DNA of 64,000 nucleotides from Bugula neritina (lineage: Eukaryota > Animalia > Bryozoa): NCBI GenBank assembly GCA_964035545.1, contig CAXIUT010000230.1, positions 1,736,001 to 1,800,000 of the forward strand, written 5' to 3'. Positions within the stretch are counted from its first letter, which is position 1. Each line of letters opens with the position of its first letter. Positions 1-15,858 of this stretch are shown piece by piece. The notes under the pieces were generated by a model that saw nothing but the letters and a program-made list of their open reading frames with translations, did not search any database and was not told where the DNA came from. A program made the position numbers and the translations under genes.

Positions 1-3000
1 ACATACTGGAACACACTGTAACATAATGAAATATGCTGTAGGACACTGAAATACACTGCAACACCCTGAAGTATACTGTAATATACTGAAATGTTATGCA
101 ACGTACTGAAAAATATTGCAACGCGTTGAATTACACTATAACATATTGAAATATACCGCAACATACTGAAATGTAGTGTAATATACAGAATTGAACTGTA
201 ACATACTGAAATATACTGTAACACACTGAAACATACTCTAACATAACGAAATACACTGTAATATACTGAAATATACTGCAACAAACTGAAATGTACTGCA
301 ACATACTGAAGTATACTGCAACATAGTGCAACGTACTGAAATACACTGTAACATACTGAAATACACTGCAACACATTGAAATATACTGCAACATAACGAA
401 ATAAATGGTGAACTAGTGGAATATACTGTAACACAATGAAATTGACTGCAAGATGCTGAAACATACTGTAACATACTGAAATACCCTGCCACATACTGAA
501 ACATACGGCAACATACCGAAATAAACTGCGACACGTTGATAATTACTGCAACATACTGAAATATACTGCAAGTGGTGCAACATACTGAAATACATTGTGA
601 CACACTGAAATACACTGCAACTTACTGCAACATACCACAACATACTGAAATATACTGCGACGCATTAAAATAGACTGCAACATACTGAAATATACTGCAA
701 CATACTGCAACATACTAAAATACACTGCAACATACTGAAATACATTGCAACACATTAAAGCATACTGCAACATACTGAAACGTACTGCAACATACTGAAA
801 TATACTGCGACATACTGAAATACTCTATAACATATTGAAATATACTGCAACATACTGAATTACACTCTAACATACTGAAATATGCTGCAGCATACTGAAA
901 TACACTGCAACACATTGAAATATACTGCAACATACCGAAATGAATGGTAAACTAGTGAAATATACTGTAACATAATGAAACATACCGGAACATACTGCAA
1001 CATAATAAAATATACTGTAACACACTGCATTATGCTACAAGATACTGAAATATACTGTAACATACTGAAACGTTCGCAACATACTGAAATACGCTGCAAC
1101 ATACTGATATATACTGCAAGATACTGCAACATATTGAAATACACTATAACACACTGAAATACACTGCAACATACTGAAATACACTGTAACACATTGAAAT
1201 ACATTGCAAAACATCGAAATATACTGCAACATACTGAAATATGCTGTAGCATACTGAAAGACACTACAACTCTCTGAAAGATAGTGTGATATACGGAAAT
1301 GTACTGCAACATGCCCAAATATACTGCAACACACTGAAACACAAGGCAACATACTGAAATATACTGCGACACATTGAAATATACTGCAACATACTAAAAT
1401 ACACTGCAACATACTGCAACATCCTAAAATACACTGTAACATACTGAAATACACTGCAACACCTTGAAAAATACTGCAACATACCTAAACATACGGCAAC
1501 ATACTAAAATACACTGTAACATATTGAAATATACTGCAACATACTGAACTACACTATAACATATTGAAATATGCTGTAGCATACTGAAATATACTGCTAC
1601 ACACTGAAGTATACTGTAATATACAGAAATGAACTGTAACATACTGTAACATACTGAAATATACGGCAACATACTGAAATGTACTGCAACATACTGAAAT
1701 ATACTGCAACAAAGTGAAACGTACTGAAATACAATGTAACATATTGAAATACACTGCGACACATTAAAACATACTACAGCACACTGAAACATACGGCAAC
1801 CTACCAAAATATACTGTGACACGTTGAAAAATACTGCAACATACTGAAATATACTGCAAGTGGTGCAACATACTGAAATACACTGTGACCCACTGAAATA
1901 CACTGCAACATACTGCAACATACTGCAACATACTGAAATACACTGTAACATATTGAAATACACTGCAACATACTGCAACATACTGAAATACACTGGAACT
2001 TACTGAAATATACTGCGACACATTAGAATATACTGTAACATACTGAAATATACTTCAACATACTGTAGCATACTAAAATACACTGTAACATACTGAAATA
2101 CATTGCTACACATTGAAATATACTGCAACATACTGAAACATACTGCAACATACTGACATATACTGCAACATACTGAATTACACTAGAACATATTGAAATA
2201 TACTGCAACATACTGAATTACACTCTAACATACTGAAATATGCCTTAGCATACTGAAATGCACTGCCACACACTGAAGTATACTGTAATATACAGAAATG
2301 TACTGTAACATACTGGAACACACGGCAACATACTGAAATGTACTGCAACATACTGAAATATACTGCAACGTACTGAAATACACTGTAACCTAATGAAATA
2401 CATTGCAACACATTAAAACATACTGCAACATATTGAAACATACTGCAACATACTGAATTACGCTGCAACATACTGAAATATACTGCAAGATACTGCAACA
2501 TACTGAAATACACTGAAATACAATGTAACATATTAAAATACATTGCAAAACGTCGAAATATACTGCAACATACTGAAATATGCTGTAGCATACTGAAAGA
2601 CACTACAACTCACTGAAGGATAGTGTGAGATACAGAAATGTACTGCAACATGCCCAAATATACTGCAACACACTGAAACATAAGGCAACATACTGAAATA
2701 TACTACGATGCATTGAAATATACTGCAACATACTAAAATATACTGCAACATACTGCAACATCCTAAAATACACTGTAACATACTGAAATACACTGCAACA
2801 CCTTGAAAAATACTGCAACATACTTAAACATACGGCAACATACTAAAATACACTATAACATATTGAAATATACTGCAACATACTGAAATACACTGTAACA
2901 TATTGAAATATGCTGTAGCATACTGAAATATACTGCAACACACTGAAGTATACTGTAATATAGAGAAATGTACTGTAACATACTGAAACACACGGCAACA

Positions 3001-6000
3001 TACTGAAATGTACTGCAACATACTGAAATATACTGAAATACACTGTAACATAATGAAATATGCTGTAGCACACTGAAATACACTGCAACACACTGAAGTA
3101 TACTGTAATATAGAGAAATGTACTGTAACATACTGAAACACACGGCAACATACTGAAATGTACTGCAACATACCGAAATATACTGCAACATACTGCAACA
3201 TACTGAATTACACTTGAACATAATGAAATACACTGAAACACATTGAAATATACTGCAACATACCGAAATGAATGGTAAACTAGTGAAATACACTGTAACA
3301 TAATGAAACATACCGGAACATACTGCAACATAATAAAATATACTGTAACACACTGAAATAAGCTACAAGATACTGAAATATACTGCAACATACTGAAACG
3401 TACGCGACATCCTAAAATACACTGTAACATACTGAAATACACTGCAACACACTGAAACATAAGGCAACATACTGAAATATACTGCGATGCATTGAAATAT
3501 ACTGCAACATACTAAAATATACTGCAACATACTGCAACATCCTAAAATACACTGTAACATACTGAAATACACTGCAACACCTTGAAAAATACTGCAACAT
3601 ACTTAAACATACGGCAACATACTAAAATACACTATAACATATTGAAATATACTGCAACATACTGAAATACACTATAACATATTGAAATATACTGCAACAT
3701 ACTGAATTACACCCTAACAAACTGAAATATGCTGTAGCATACTGAATTACACTGCAACACACTGAAGTATACTGTAATATGCTGAAATGTACTGCGACAT
3801 ACTGAATTATACTGCAACATACTGCAACATACTGAAATACACTGTAACATAATGAATTATGCTGTAGCACACTGAAATACACTGCAACACACTGAAGTAT
3901 ACTGTAATATAGAGAAATGTACTGTAACATACTGAAACACACGGCAACATACTGAAATGTACTGCAACATACTGAAATATACTGCAACATAGTGCAACAT
4001 ACTGAAACACACTGTAACATAGTGAAATACACTGCAACACATTGAAATATACTGCAACATAACGAAATAAATGGTAAACTAGTGGAATATACTGTAACAC
4101 AATGAAATTGACCGCAAGCTACTGAAATATACTGTAACATACTGAAATACGCTGCCACGCACTGAAACATACGGCAACTTACCGAATTATACTGCGACAC
4201 GTTGAAAAATACTGCCACATACTGAAATATACTGCAAGTGGTGCAACATACTGAAATACACTGTGACACACTGAAATACACTGCAACATACTGCAACATA
4301 CTGCAACATACTGAAATACACTGTAACATATTGAAATACACTGTAACATACTGCAACATACTGAAATACACTGGAACTTACTGAAATATACTGCGACACA
4401 TTAAAATGTACTGTAACATACTGAAATATACTTCAACATACTGCAACATACTAAAATACACTGTAACATACTGAAATACATTGCAACACATTGAAATATA
4501 CTGCAACATACTGAAACATACTGCAACATACTGAAATATACTGCAACATACTGAATTACACTATAACATATTGAAATAGGCTGTAGCATACTGAATTACA
4601 CTCTAACATAGTGAAATATGCTCTAGCATACTGAAATATACTGCAACACAGTGAAGTATACTGTAATACACTGAAATGTACTGCAACATACTGAATTATA
4701 CTGCAACATACTGCAACATACTGGAACACACTGTAACATAATGAAATATGCTGTAGGACACTGAAATACACTGCAACACCCTGAAGTATACTGTAATATA
4801 CTGAAATGTTATGCAACGTACTGAAAAATAATGCAACGCGTTGAATTACACTATAACATATTGAAATATACCGCAACATACTGAAATGTAGTGTAATATA
4901 CATAAATGAACTGTAACATACTGAAATATACTGTAACACACTGAAACATACTCTAACATACCGAAATACACTGTAACATACTGAAATATAGTGCAACATA
5001 CTGAAATGTACTGCAACATACTGAAGTATACTGCAACATAGTGCAACGTACTGAAATACACTGTAACATACTGAAATACACTGCAACACATTGAAATATA
5101 CTGCAACATAACGAAATAAATGGTGAACTAGTGGAATATACTGTAACACAATGAAATTGACTGCAAGATACTGAAATATACTGTAACATACTGAAATACC
5201 CTGCCACATACTGAAACATACGGCAACATACCGAAATAAACTGCGACACGTTGAAAATTACTGCAACATACTGAAATATACTGCAAGTGGTGCAACATAC
5301 TGAAATACATTGTGACACACTGAAATACACTGCAACTCACTGCAACATACCACAACATACTGAAATATACTGCGACGCATTAAAATATACTGCAACATAC
5401 TGAAATATACTGCAACATACTGCAAGGTACTAAAATACACTGCAACATACTGAAATACATTGCAACACATTAAAACATACTGCAACATACTGAAACGTAC
5501 TGCAATATACTGAAATATACTGCAACATACTGAAATACTCTATAACATATTGAAATATACTGCAACATACTGAATTACACTCTAACATACTGAAATATGC
5601 TTTAGCATACTGAAATACACTGTAACACATTGAAATATACTGCAACATACCGAAATGAATGGTAAACTAGTGAAATATACTGTAACATAATGAAACATAC
5701 CGGAACATACTGCAACATAATAAAATATACTGTAACACACTGCATTATGCTACAAGATACTGAAATATACTGTAACATACTGAAACGTTCGCAACATACT
5801 GAAATACGCTGCAACATACTGATATATACTGCAAGATACTGCAACATATTGAAATACACTATAACACACTGGAATACACTGCAACATACTGAAATACACT
5901 GTAACACATTGAAATACATTGCAAAACATCGAAATATACTGCAACATACTGAAATACGCTGTAGCATACTGAAAGACACTACAACTCTCTGAAGGATAGT

Positions 6001-9000
6001 GTGATATACGGAAATGTACTGCAACATGCCCAAATATACTGCAACACACTGAAACACAAGGCAACATACTGAAATATACTGCGACACATTGAAATATACT
6101 GCAACATACTAAAATATACTGCAACATACTGCAACATCCTAAAATACACTGTAACATACTGAAATACACTGCAACACCTTGAAAAATACTGCAACATACT
6201 TAAACATACGGCAACATACTAAAATACACTATAACATATTGAAATATACTGCAACATACTGAAATACACTATAACATACTGAAATATACTGCAAGATACT
6301 GCAACATACTGAAATACACAAAAATACACTGTAACATATTAAAATACATTGCAAAACATCGAAATATACTGCAACATACTGAAATATGCTGTAGCATACT
6401 GAAAGACACTACAACTCACTGAAGGATAGTGTGATATACGGAAATGTATTGCAACATGCCAAATATACTGCAACACACTGAAACATAAGGCAACATACCG
6501 AAATATACTGCGATGCATTGAAATATACTGCAACATACTAAAATATACTGCAACATACTGCAACATCCTAAAATACACTGTAACATACTGAAATACACTG
6601 CAACACCTTGGAAAATACTGCAACATACTTAAACATACGGCAACATACTAAAATACACTATAACATATTGAAATATACTGCAACATACTGAAATACACTA
6701 TAACATATTGAAATATACTGCAACATACTGAATTACACTCTAACAAACTGAAATATGCTGTAGCATACTGAATTACACTGCAACACACTGAGATATACTG
6801 TAATATGCTGAAATGTACTGCGACATACTGAATTATACTGCAACATACTGCAACATACTGAAATACACTGTAACATAATGAAATATGCTGTAGCACACTG
6901 AAATACACTGCAACACACTGAAGTATACTGTAATATAGAGAAATGTACTGTAACATACTGAAACACACGGCAACATACTGAAATGTACTGCAACATACTG
7001 AAATATACTGCAACATAGTGCAACATACTGAAACACACTGTAACATAGTGAAATACACTGCAACACATTGAAATATACTGCAACATAACGAAGTAAATGG
7101 TAAACTAGTGGAATATACTGTAACACAATGAAATTGACCGCAAGATACTGAAATATACTGTAACATACTGAAATACGCTGCCACAGACTGAAACATACGG
7201 CAACCTACCGAATTATAGTGCGACACGTTGAAAAATACTGCAACATACTGAAATATACTGCAAGTGGTGCAACATACTGAAATACACTGTGACACACTGA
7301 AATACACTGCAACATACTGCAACATACTGCAACATACTGAAATACACTGTAACATATTGAAATACACTGCAACATACTGAAATACACTGGAACTTACTGA
7401 AATATACTGCGACACAGTAAAATGTACTGTAACATACTGAAATATACTTCAACGTACTGCAACATACTAAAATACACTGTAACATACTGAAATACATTGC
7501 AACACAATGAAATATACTGCAACATACTGAAACATAGTGCAACATACTGAAATATACTGCAACATACTGAATTACACTATAACATATTGAAATATACTGC
7601 AACATACTGAATTACACTTTTACATACTGAAATAGGCTGTAGCATACTGAAATACACTGCAACACATTGAAATATACTGCAACATACCGAAATGAATGGT
7701 AAACTAGTGAAATATACTGTAACATAATGAAACATACCGAAACATACTGCAACATAATAAAATATACTGTAACACACTGCATTATGCTACAAGATACTGA
7801 AATATACTGTAACATACTGAAACGTTCGCAACATACTGAAATACGCTGCAACATACTGATATATACTGCAAGATACTGCAACATATTGAAATACACTATA
7901 ACACACTGAAATACACTGAAAAATACTGAAATACACTGTAACACATTGAAATACATTGCAAAACATCGAAATATACTGCAACATACTGAAATATGCTGTA
8001 GCATACTGAAAGACACTACAACTCAATGAAGGATAGTGTGATATACGGAAATGTACTGCAACATGCCCAAAAATACTGCAACACACTGAAACATAAGGCA
8101 ACATACTGAAATATACTGCGACACATTGAAATATACTGCAACATACTAAAATATACTGCAACATACTGCAACATCCTAAAATACACTATAACATATTGAA
8201 ATATACTGCAACATACTGAAATACACTATAACATATTGAAATATGCTGTAGCACACTGAAATACACTGCCACACACTGAAGTATACTGTAATATACAGAA
8301 ATGAACTGTAACATACTGTAACATACTGAATCATACGGCAACATACTGAAATATACTGCAACAAAGTGAAACGTACTGAAATACAATGTAACATATTGAA
8401 ATACACTGCGACACATTAAAACATACTACAGCACACTGAAACATACGGCAACCTACCGAAATATACTGTGACACGTTGAAAAATACTGCAACATACTGAA
8501 ATATACTGCAAGTGGTGCAACATACTGAAATACACTGTGACCCACTGAAATACACTGCAACATACTGCAACATACTGCAACATACTGAAATACACTGTAA
8601 CATATTGAAATACACCGCAACATACTGCAACATACTGAAATACACTGGAACTTACTGAAATATACTGCGACACATTAGAATATACTGTAACATACTGAAA
8701 TATACTTCAACATACTGTAGCATACTAAAATACACTGTAACATACTGAAATACATTGCTACACATTGAAATATACTGCAACATACTGAAACATACTGCAA
8801 CATACTGACATATACTGCAACATACTGAATTACACTAGAACATATTGAAATATACTGCAACATACTGAATTACACTCTAATATACTGAAATATGCCTTAG
8901 CATACTGAAATGCACTGCCACACACTGAAGTATACTGTAATATACAGAAATGTACTGTAACATACTGGAACACAAGGCAACATACTGAAATGTACTGCAA

Positions 9001-12000
9001 CATACTGAAATATACTGCAACGTACTGAAATACACTGTAACCTAATGAAATACATTGCAACACATTAAAACATACTGCAACATATTGAAACATACTGCAA
9101 CATACTGAATTACGCTGCAACATACTGAAATATACTGCAAGATACTGCAACATACTGAAATACACTGAAATACACTGTAACATATTAAAATACATTGCAA
9201 AACGTCGAAATATACTGCAACATACTGAAATATGCTGTAGCATACTGAAAGACACTACAACTCACTGAAGGATAGTGTGAGATACAGAAATGTACTGCAA
9301 CATGCCCAAATATACTGCAACACACTGAAACATAAGGCAACATACTGAAATATACTACGATGCATTGAAATATACTGCAACATACTAAAATATACTGCAA
9401 CATACTGCAACATCCTAAAATACACTGTAACATACTGAAATACACTGCAACACCTTGAAAAATACTGCAACATACTTAAACATACGGCAACATACTAAAA
9501 TACACTATAACATATTGAAATATACTGCAATATACTGAAATACACTGTAACATATTGAAATATGCTGTAGCATACTGAAATATACTGCCACACACTGAAG
9601 TATACTGTAATATACAGAAACGTACTGTAACATACTGTAACATACTGAAACATACGGCAACATACTGAAATGTACTGCAACATACTGAAATATACTGAAA
9701 TACACTGTAACATAATGAAATATGCTGTAGCACACTGAAATACACTGCAACACACTGAAGTATACTGTAATATAGAGAAATGTACTTTAACATACTGAAA
9801 CACACGGCGACATACTGAAATGTACTGCAACATACTGAAATATACTGCAACATACTGCAACATACTGAATTACACTTGAACATAATGAAATACACTGAAA
9901 CACATTTAAATATACTGCAACATACCGAAATGAATGGTAAACTAGTGAAATACACTGTAACATAATGAAACATACCGGAACATACTGCAACATAATAAAA
10001 TATACTGTAACACACTGAAATAAGCTACAAGATACTGAAATATACTGCAACATACTGAAACGTACGCGACATCCTAAAATACACTGTAACATACTGAAAT
10101 ACACTGCAACACACTGAAACATAAGGCAACATACTGAAATATACTGCGATGCATTGAAATATACTGCAACATACTAAAATATACTGCAACATACTGCAAC
10201 ATCCTAAAATACACTGTAACATACTGAAATACACTGCAACACCTTGAAAAATACTGCAACATACTTAAACATACGGCAACATACTAAAATACACTATAAC
10301 ATATTGAAATATACTGCAACATACTGAAATGTAGTGTAATATACAGAAATGAACAGTAACATACTGAAATATACTGTAACACACTGAAACATACTCTAAC
10401 ATACCGAAATACACTGTAACATACTGAAATATACTGCAACATACTGAAATGTACTGCAACATACTGAAGTATGCTGCAACATAGTGCAACGCACTGAAAT
10501 ACACTGTAACATCCTGAAATACACTGCAACACATTGAAATATACTGCAACATAAGAAATAAATGGTGAACTAGTGGAATATACTGTAACACAATGAAATT
10601 GACTGCAAGATACTGAAATATACTGCAACATACTGAATTACACTATAACATATTGAAATATACTGCAACATACTGAATTACACTTTAACATACTGAAATA
10701 GGCTGTAGCATACTGAAATACACTGCAACACATTGAAATATACTGCAACATACCGAAATGAATGGTAAACTAGTGAAATATACTGTAACATAATGAAACA
10801 TACCGGAACATACTGCAACATAATAAAATATACTGTAACACACTGCATTATGCTACAAGATACTGAAATATACTGTAACATACTGAAACGTTCGCAACAT
10901 ACTGAAATACGCTGCAACATACTGATATATACTGCAAGATACTGCAACATATTGAAATACACTATAACACACTGGAATACACTGCAACATACTGAAATAC
11001 ACTGTAACACATTGAAATACATTGCAAAACATCGAAATATACTGCAACATACTGAAATACGCTGTAGCATACTGAAAGACACTACAACTCTCTGAAGGAT
11101 AGTGTGATATACGGAAATGTACTGCAACATGCCCAAAAATACTGCAACACACTGAAACATAAGGCAACATACTGAAATATACTGCGACACATTGAAATAT
11201 ACTGCAACATACTAAAATATACTGCAACATACTGCAACATCCTAAAATACAGTATAACATATTGCAATATACTGCAACATACTGAAATACAGTATAACAT
11301 ATTGAAATATGCTGTAGCACACTGAAATACACTGCCACACACTGAAGTATACTGTAATATACAGAAATGTACTGTAACATACTGGAACACACGGCAACAT
11401 ACTGAAATGTACTGCAACATCCTGAAATATACTGCAACGTAGTGCAACGTACTGAAATACACTGTAACATAATGAAATATGCTGTAGGACACTGAAATAC
11501 ACTGCAACACCATGAAGTATCCTGTAATATACAGAAATGTATTGTGACATACTGAAATATGCTACAAGATACTGAAATATACTGTAACATACTGAAATAT
11601 ACTGCAACATACTGAAATGTACTGCAACATACTGAAATATACTGCAACATAGTGCAACATACTGAAACACACGTAACATAGTGAAATACACTGCAACACA
11701 TTGAAATATACTGCAGCATACTGAAACATACTGCAACATACTGAAATACACTGCAACATACTGAATTACACTATAACATATTGAAATATACTGCAACATA
11801 CTGACTTACACTTTAACATACTGAAATAGGCTGTAGCATACTGAATTACACTCTAACATACTGAAATATGCTCTAGCATACTGAAATACACTGCAACACA
11901 GTGAAGTATACTGTAATACACTGAAATGTACTGCAACATTCTGAATTATACTGCAACATACTGCAACATACTGGAACACACTGTAACATAATGAAATATG

Positions 12001-13297
12001 CTGTAGGACACTGAAATACACTGCAACACCCTGAAGTATCCTGTAATATGCTGAAATCTTATGCAACGTACTGAAAAATAATGCAACGCGTTGAATTACA
12101 CTATAACATATTGAAATATACCGCATTATACTGAAATGTAGTGTAATATACAGAAATGAACTGTAACATACTGAAATATACTGTAACACACTGAAACATA
12201 CTCTAACATACCGAAATACACTGTAACATACTGAAATATACTGCAACATACTGAAATGTACTGCAACATACTGAAGTATACTGCAACATAGTGCAACGTA
12301 CTGAAATACACTGTAACATACTGAAATACACTGCAACACATTGAAATATACTGCAACATAACGAAATAAATGGTGAACTAGTGGAATATACTGTAACACA
12401 ATGAAATTGACTGCAAGATACTGAAATATACTGTAACATACTGAAATACCCTGCCACATACTGAAACATACGGCAACATACCGAAATAAACTGCGACACG
12501 TTGAAAATTACTGCAACATACTGAAATATACTGCAAGTGGTGCAACATACTGAAATACATTGTGACACACTGAAATACACTGCAACTTACTGCAACATAC
12601 CACAACATACTGAAATATACTGCGACGCACTAAAATATACTGCAACATACTGAAATATACTGCAACATACTGCAACATACTAAAATACACTGCAACATAC
12701 TGAAATACATTGAAACACGTTAAAACATACTGCAACATACTGGAACGTACTGCAACATACTGAAATATACTGCAACATACTGAAATACTCTATAACATAT
12801 TGAAATATACTGCAACATACTGAATTACACTCTAACATACTGAAATATGCTGTAGCATAATGAAATACACTGCAACACATTGAAATATACTGCAACATAC
12901 CGAAATGAATGGTAAACTAGTGAAATATACTGTAACATAATGAAACATACCGGAACATACTGCAACATAATAAAATATACTGTAACACACTGCATTATGC
13001 TACAAGACACTGAAATATACTGTAACATACTGAAACGTTCGCAACATACCGAAATACGCTGCAACATACTGATATATACTGCAAGATACTGCAACATATT
13101 GAAATACACTATAACACACTGAAATACACTGAAAAATACTGAAATACACTGTAACACATTGAAATACATTGCAAAACATCGAAATATACTGCAACATACT
13201 GAAATATGCTGTAGCATACTGAAAGACACTACAACTCTCTGAAGGATAGTGTGATATACGGAAATGTACTGCAACATGCCCAAAAATACTGCAACAC
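1..13297 (+). repeat. 10-bp tandem satellite, block 1 (continues past window start)
   Basis: Continuous 10-bp periodicity with monomers ACTGCAACAT, ACTGAAATAT, ACTGAAATAC, ACTGTAACAT and point variants. The + strand is A-rich and G-poor. Confidence 0.98.
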
Positions 13298-13462
13298 CAC
13301 AGTTGGTTTAAGGTCATTACTTTCCAGATTCAGGCACTGCTTTATGTTATATATAAACGGTTTCCAGGGGATAGCTCGAACAGTTTTTGTCTCACATTAA
13401 CAAATTTTACATGAAAAGATAGCTCTTGCATTCCTCTTTCATATACTTTTTTAATTTTTCAA
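13298..13462 (+). repeat. Left extended imperfect terminal inverted repeat of element A
   Basis: Blocks TGCTTTATGTT, GATAGCTCGAACAG, ATGAAAAGATA and ATATACTTTTTTA occur in the same order as in the reverse complement of about 15684-15858. The inner boundary is approximate. Confidence 0.85.
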
Positions 13463-15242
13463 CAAAAAATTTTCTGAGAAAGTTGTTGCATAATAAGTAA
13501 AATTTTACACCCTCCATGTTCCACTGCTGTAGCACAGGGGATTCATTTTATAAAGTCTAAAAGTTAAACTTGACATTCCTTGATATGTTTTCTCTAATAT
13601 ACTTTCTTTGTTTTTTGAAATTCTGTTTATGCTCTTCACAATTTGGTAAAAACATACACCAGTTTGCAAGTTTCACTGCAATTTTCTAAATTCTTCATAT
13701 GGTGGTTCTAGCTACGCTCCTGTGACTAATTATAGCATTCCTTGTACGTTTGCCGCTCTGCGCTATCACAATAACATATAGTACCCTCTCGCACAAATTG
13801 GCAATCTATTGGATTTCTGCCAATATAATGTTCCCTGTTTTACATTAGCACTTAGCTGAATCATCTCACTATGTTACAATAATATATTGAAAATGCCTCA
13901 GCACAACATAATTCTTTGTTTGTTTGGCAGAGTTAATTTCAGCTAAATCACTTCACTTTGCAGTCTTGTCAGTAAAGGTCTGTCTATAGCACAGCAGGTG
14001 TACTTTCAGTTTCTCTAATTCACATGATTATTTTAAGTACATTGTATTCTATAAGATCAATTTAAGGTTTAGTCCAGTGTTCAGTATCTAATTATTATGC
14101 ATGTATGTTGTCTTACTGTTGAACAAAAGTTAAAAAAAAACTTTACAATTATAGCCATATTTATTATACATGCGTAGAATTTGCATAAGTTGACAAAAAA
14201 AAATGCAACAAAACAGGGTTGAACCATGACCAACCAACTCATCGCTGACGCCACTAACCTCTGGACCACGCAATCGTCGTTAATGTGATGCGCACTATAT
14301 GAGTGACTATCATTACATAAATATTTCGCGCGCAAATGGGTTATAATTATTAGGCTGTCAATTCATGTTGATAGCAGTCAACTGTTGCAATAGTCTCGGG
14401 TTACTAGCAAAGCTAATGGTTTTGAACAAATAACCCAAAAGTTTAAAAATAAGTAGCTTGCATATTACTAGCTACAAAAACAGGTCTGAAATAGACTGGT
14501 AAAGCAAGCTCTTATTGTAGAGTTTGCAGATGTGCTCTAAAATAAAACTTAAACTGTATGGTATTACATAAGTATTTGTATGCGAGAGATAAATGGACAT
14601 TACTGAGTTTCTGGAAAACAACATACTTGAAGTTAACTTTGACAATGGTGTGTTATTTTCATCATAGCTAGCCTATAGCATAAATCTCTAATCATATGAA
14701 TCTTTATGAAGCCCACAGCTCATGTAAGGGTGGCAATGTAATTTGAAATGAACAATTATGTTGCTGCATTGTGTCTAAGGTATATTAGAGAGCAGAATTT
14801 GGTTTTACTAGCCTACCCCAACGGCATTCTACAATGCAGCTTATATGCTGGCAGTTGTAATAAGTACTGCCAATAGCAAGGTTACTATCACTGCTAGCTC
14901 TGTGCAGTATGTAACCTCTTGAATAATTGCACCAATTTTAAACTCTTGGAAGTTGGCCAAGTTATCATATCGCAGCCAGCCACCGGAGACAAAGCATCAG
15001 AGCTATTCATATAATATTATACTGATGCACTTGGTAGCAGAGTGGCTAATCTAATATAGTTCATAGTTCAACACCCTTTACTTTGGGAATACAGCCTCTT
15101 TTTTTAGGTTTACCTTACAAAGCATGAAAATATCTAAACTGACATTCTGATAATTTAGAGGTACATTTTGAAAACTAGGTTAATTGCACTTGTTTGCACA
15201 ACAACAATAATAAAATAGATATTATGCAGTATAATAAAAACA

Positions 15243-15292
15243 CACATAATACTATATAATATATTATAATGATAATAATATAATATTATAAG
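15243..15292. repeat. AT-rich low-complexity (TAA/TA-like) patch inside element A
   Basis: ataatactatataatatattataatgataataatataatattataa. Confidence 0.6.
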
Positions 15293-15683
15293 TACCATTA
15301 CTGCATTTTATAAATCACATGGTTGCCAAAAAAATGTATCACAAATTTTGTAATTATACATCAAAAATAGAACTAGCTAGGCAGCAGGTTAGAATAGAGT
15401 AAATTTTTGAAACATGAAATCATGATTTGACTATTGTTTTATTTAGGCCAACCAACCTAGGAATGCAAGATTGGGTTTTAGCTGACAGTTTATAAAATTT
15501 AGCTTTTGAGCCAGCAGCACTGGCACTTGTGAAGTATAGGCAAAGTTAGTGAAGCGAGACTAACAAGCACTCAAATACAAGACATATTGAGACGCAATAA
15601 CAAGTCAGGAGCGTATAAATTGAAAAGAATGTGGAAGGGGGACAATGTTTTTCAACAAGCTATAACTTAAACATGAATTGGCT

Positions 15684-15858
15684 TTTGAAAAAAATAAAAA
15701 AGTATATTGGAGAACATAAGTTTCTTTATCTTTTCATATTTTTTTTGTTCCTGTGACATTCAACCTGTTCGAGCTATCAGTGGAACATTGTTCATATAGA
15801 ACATAAAGCACCTGGCAAAGAGCCAGAAAATGAAAAGTATGACCTTAAACCAACTGTG
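15684..15858 (-). repeat. Right extended imperfect terminal inverted repeat of element A
   Basis: Contains TAAAAAAGTATAT, TATCTTTTCAT, CTGTTCGAGCTATC, AACATAAAGCA and ATGACCTTAAACCAACTGTG, the reverse complements of the left-end blocks. Confidence 0.85.

Larger units (their letters stand above)
13298..15858. mobile_element. Non-autonomous DNA transposon A, 2561 bp, probably CMC/EnSpm (CACTA-like)
   Basis: Perfect 20-bp TIR CACAGTTGGTTTAAGGTCAT (13298-13317; reverse complement at 15839-15858), with patchy inverted similarity extending about 165 bp. Flanks rejoin to the satellite with a 2-bp AC duplication; empty paralogous sites near 20653 and 24209 differ in offset by 2563 = 2561+2. No long ORF. 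The superfamily is inferred from CAC..GTG termini plus a 2-bp TSD. Confidence 0.92.

Noticed and set aside
14081-14335. 84-aa minus-strand ORF in element A
   Set aside because: Short, runs through poly-T tracts, has no ATG at the annotated start and no recognisable domain.
13298-15858. Transib/RAG-like (RSS heptamer CACAGTG) or Chapaev-type assignment
   Set aside because: The terminus CACAGTT is heptamer-like, but Transib/ProtoRAG make 5-bp TSDs, and the apparent 4-bp ACAC duplication is excluded by empty-site arithmetic showing 2 bp. No nonamer is evident.
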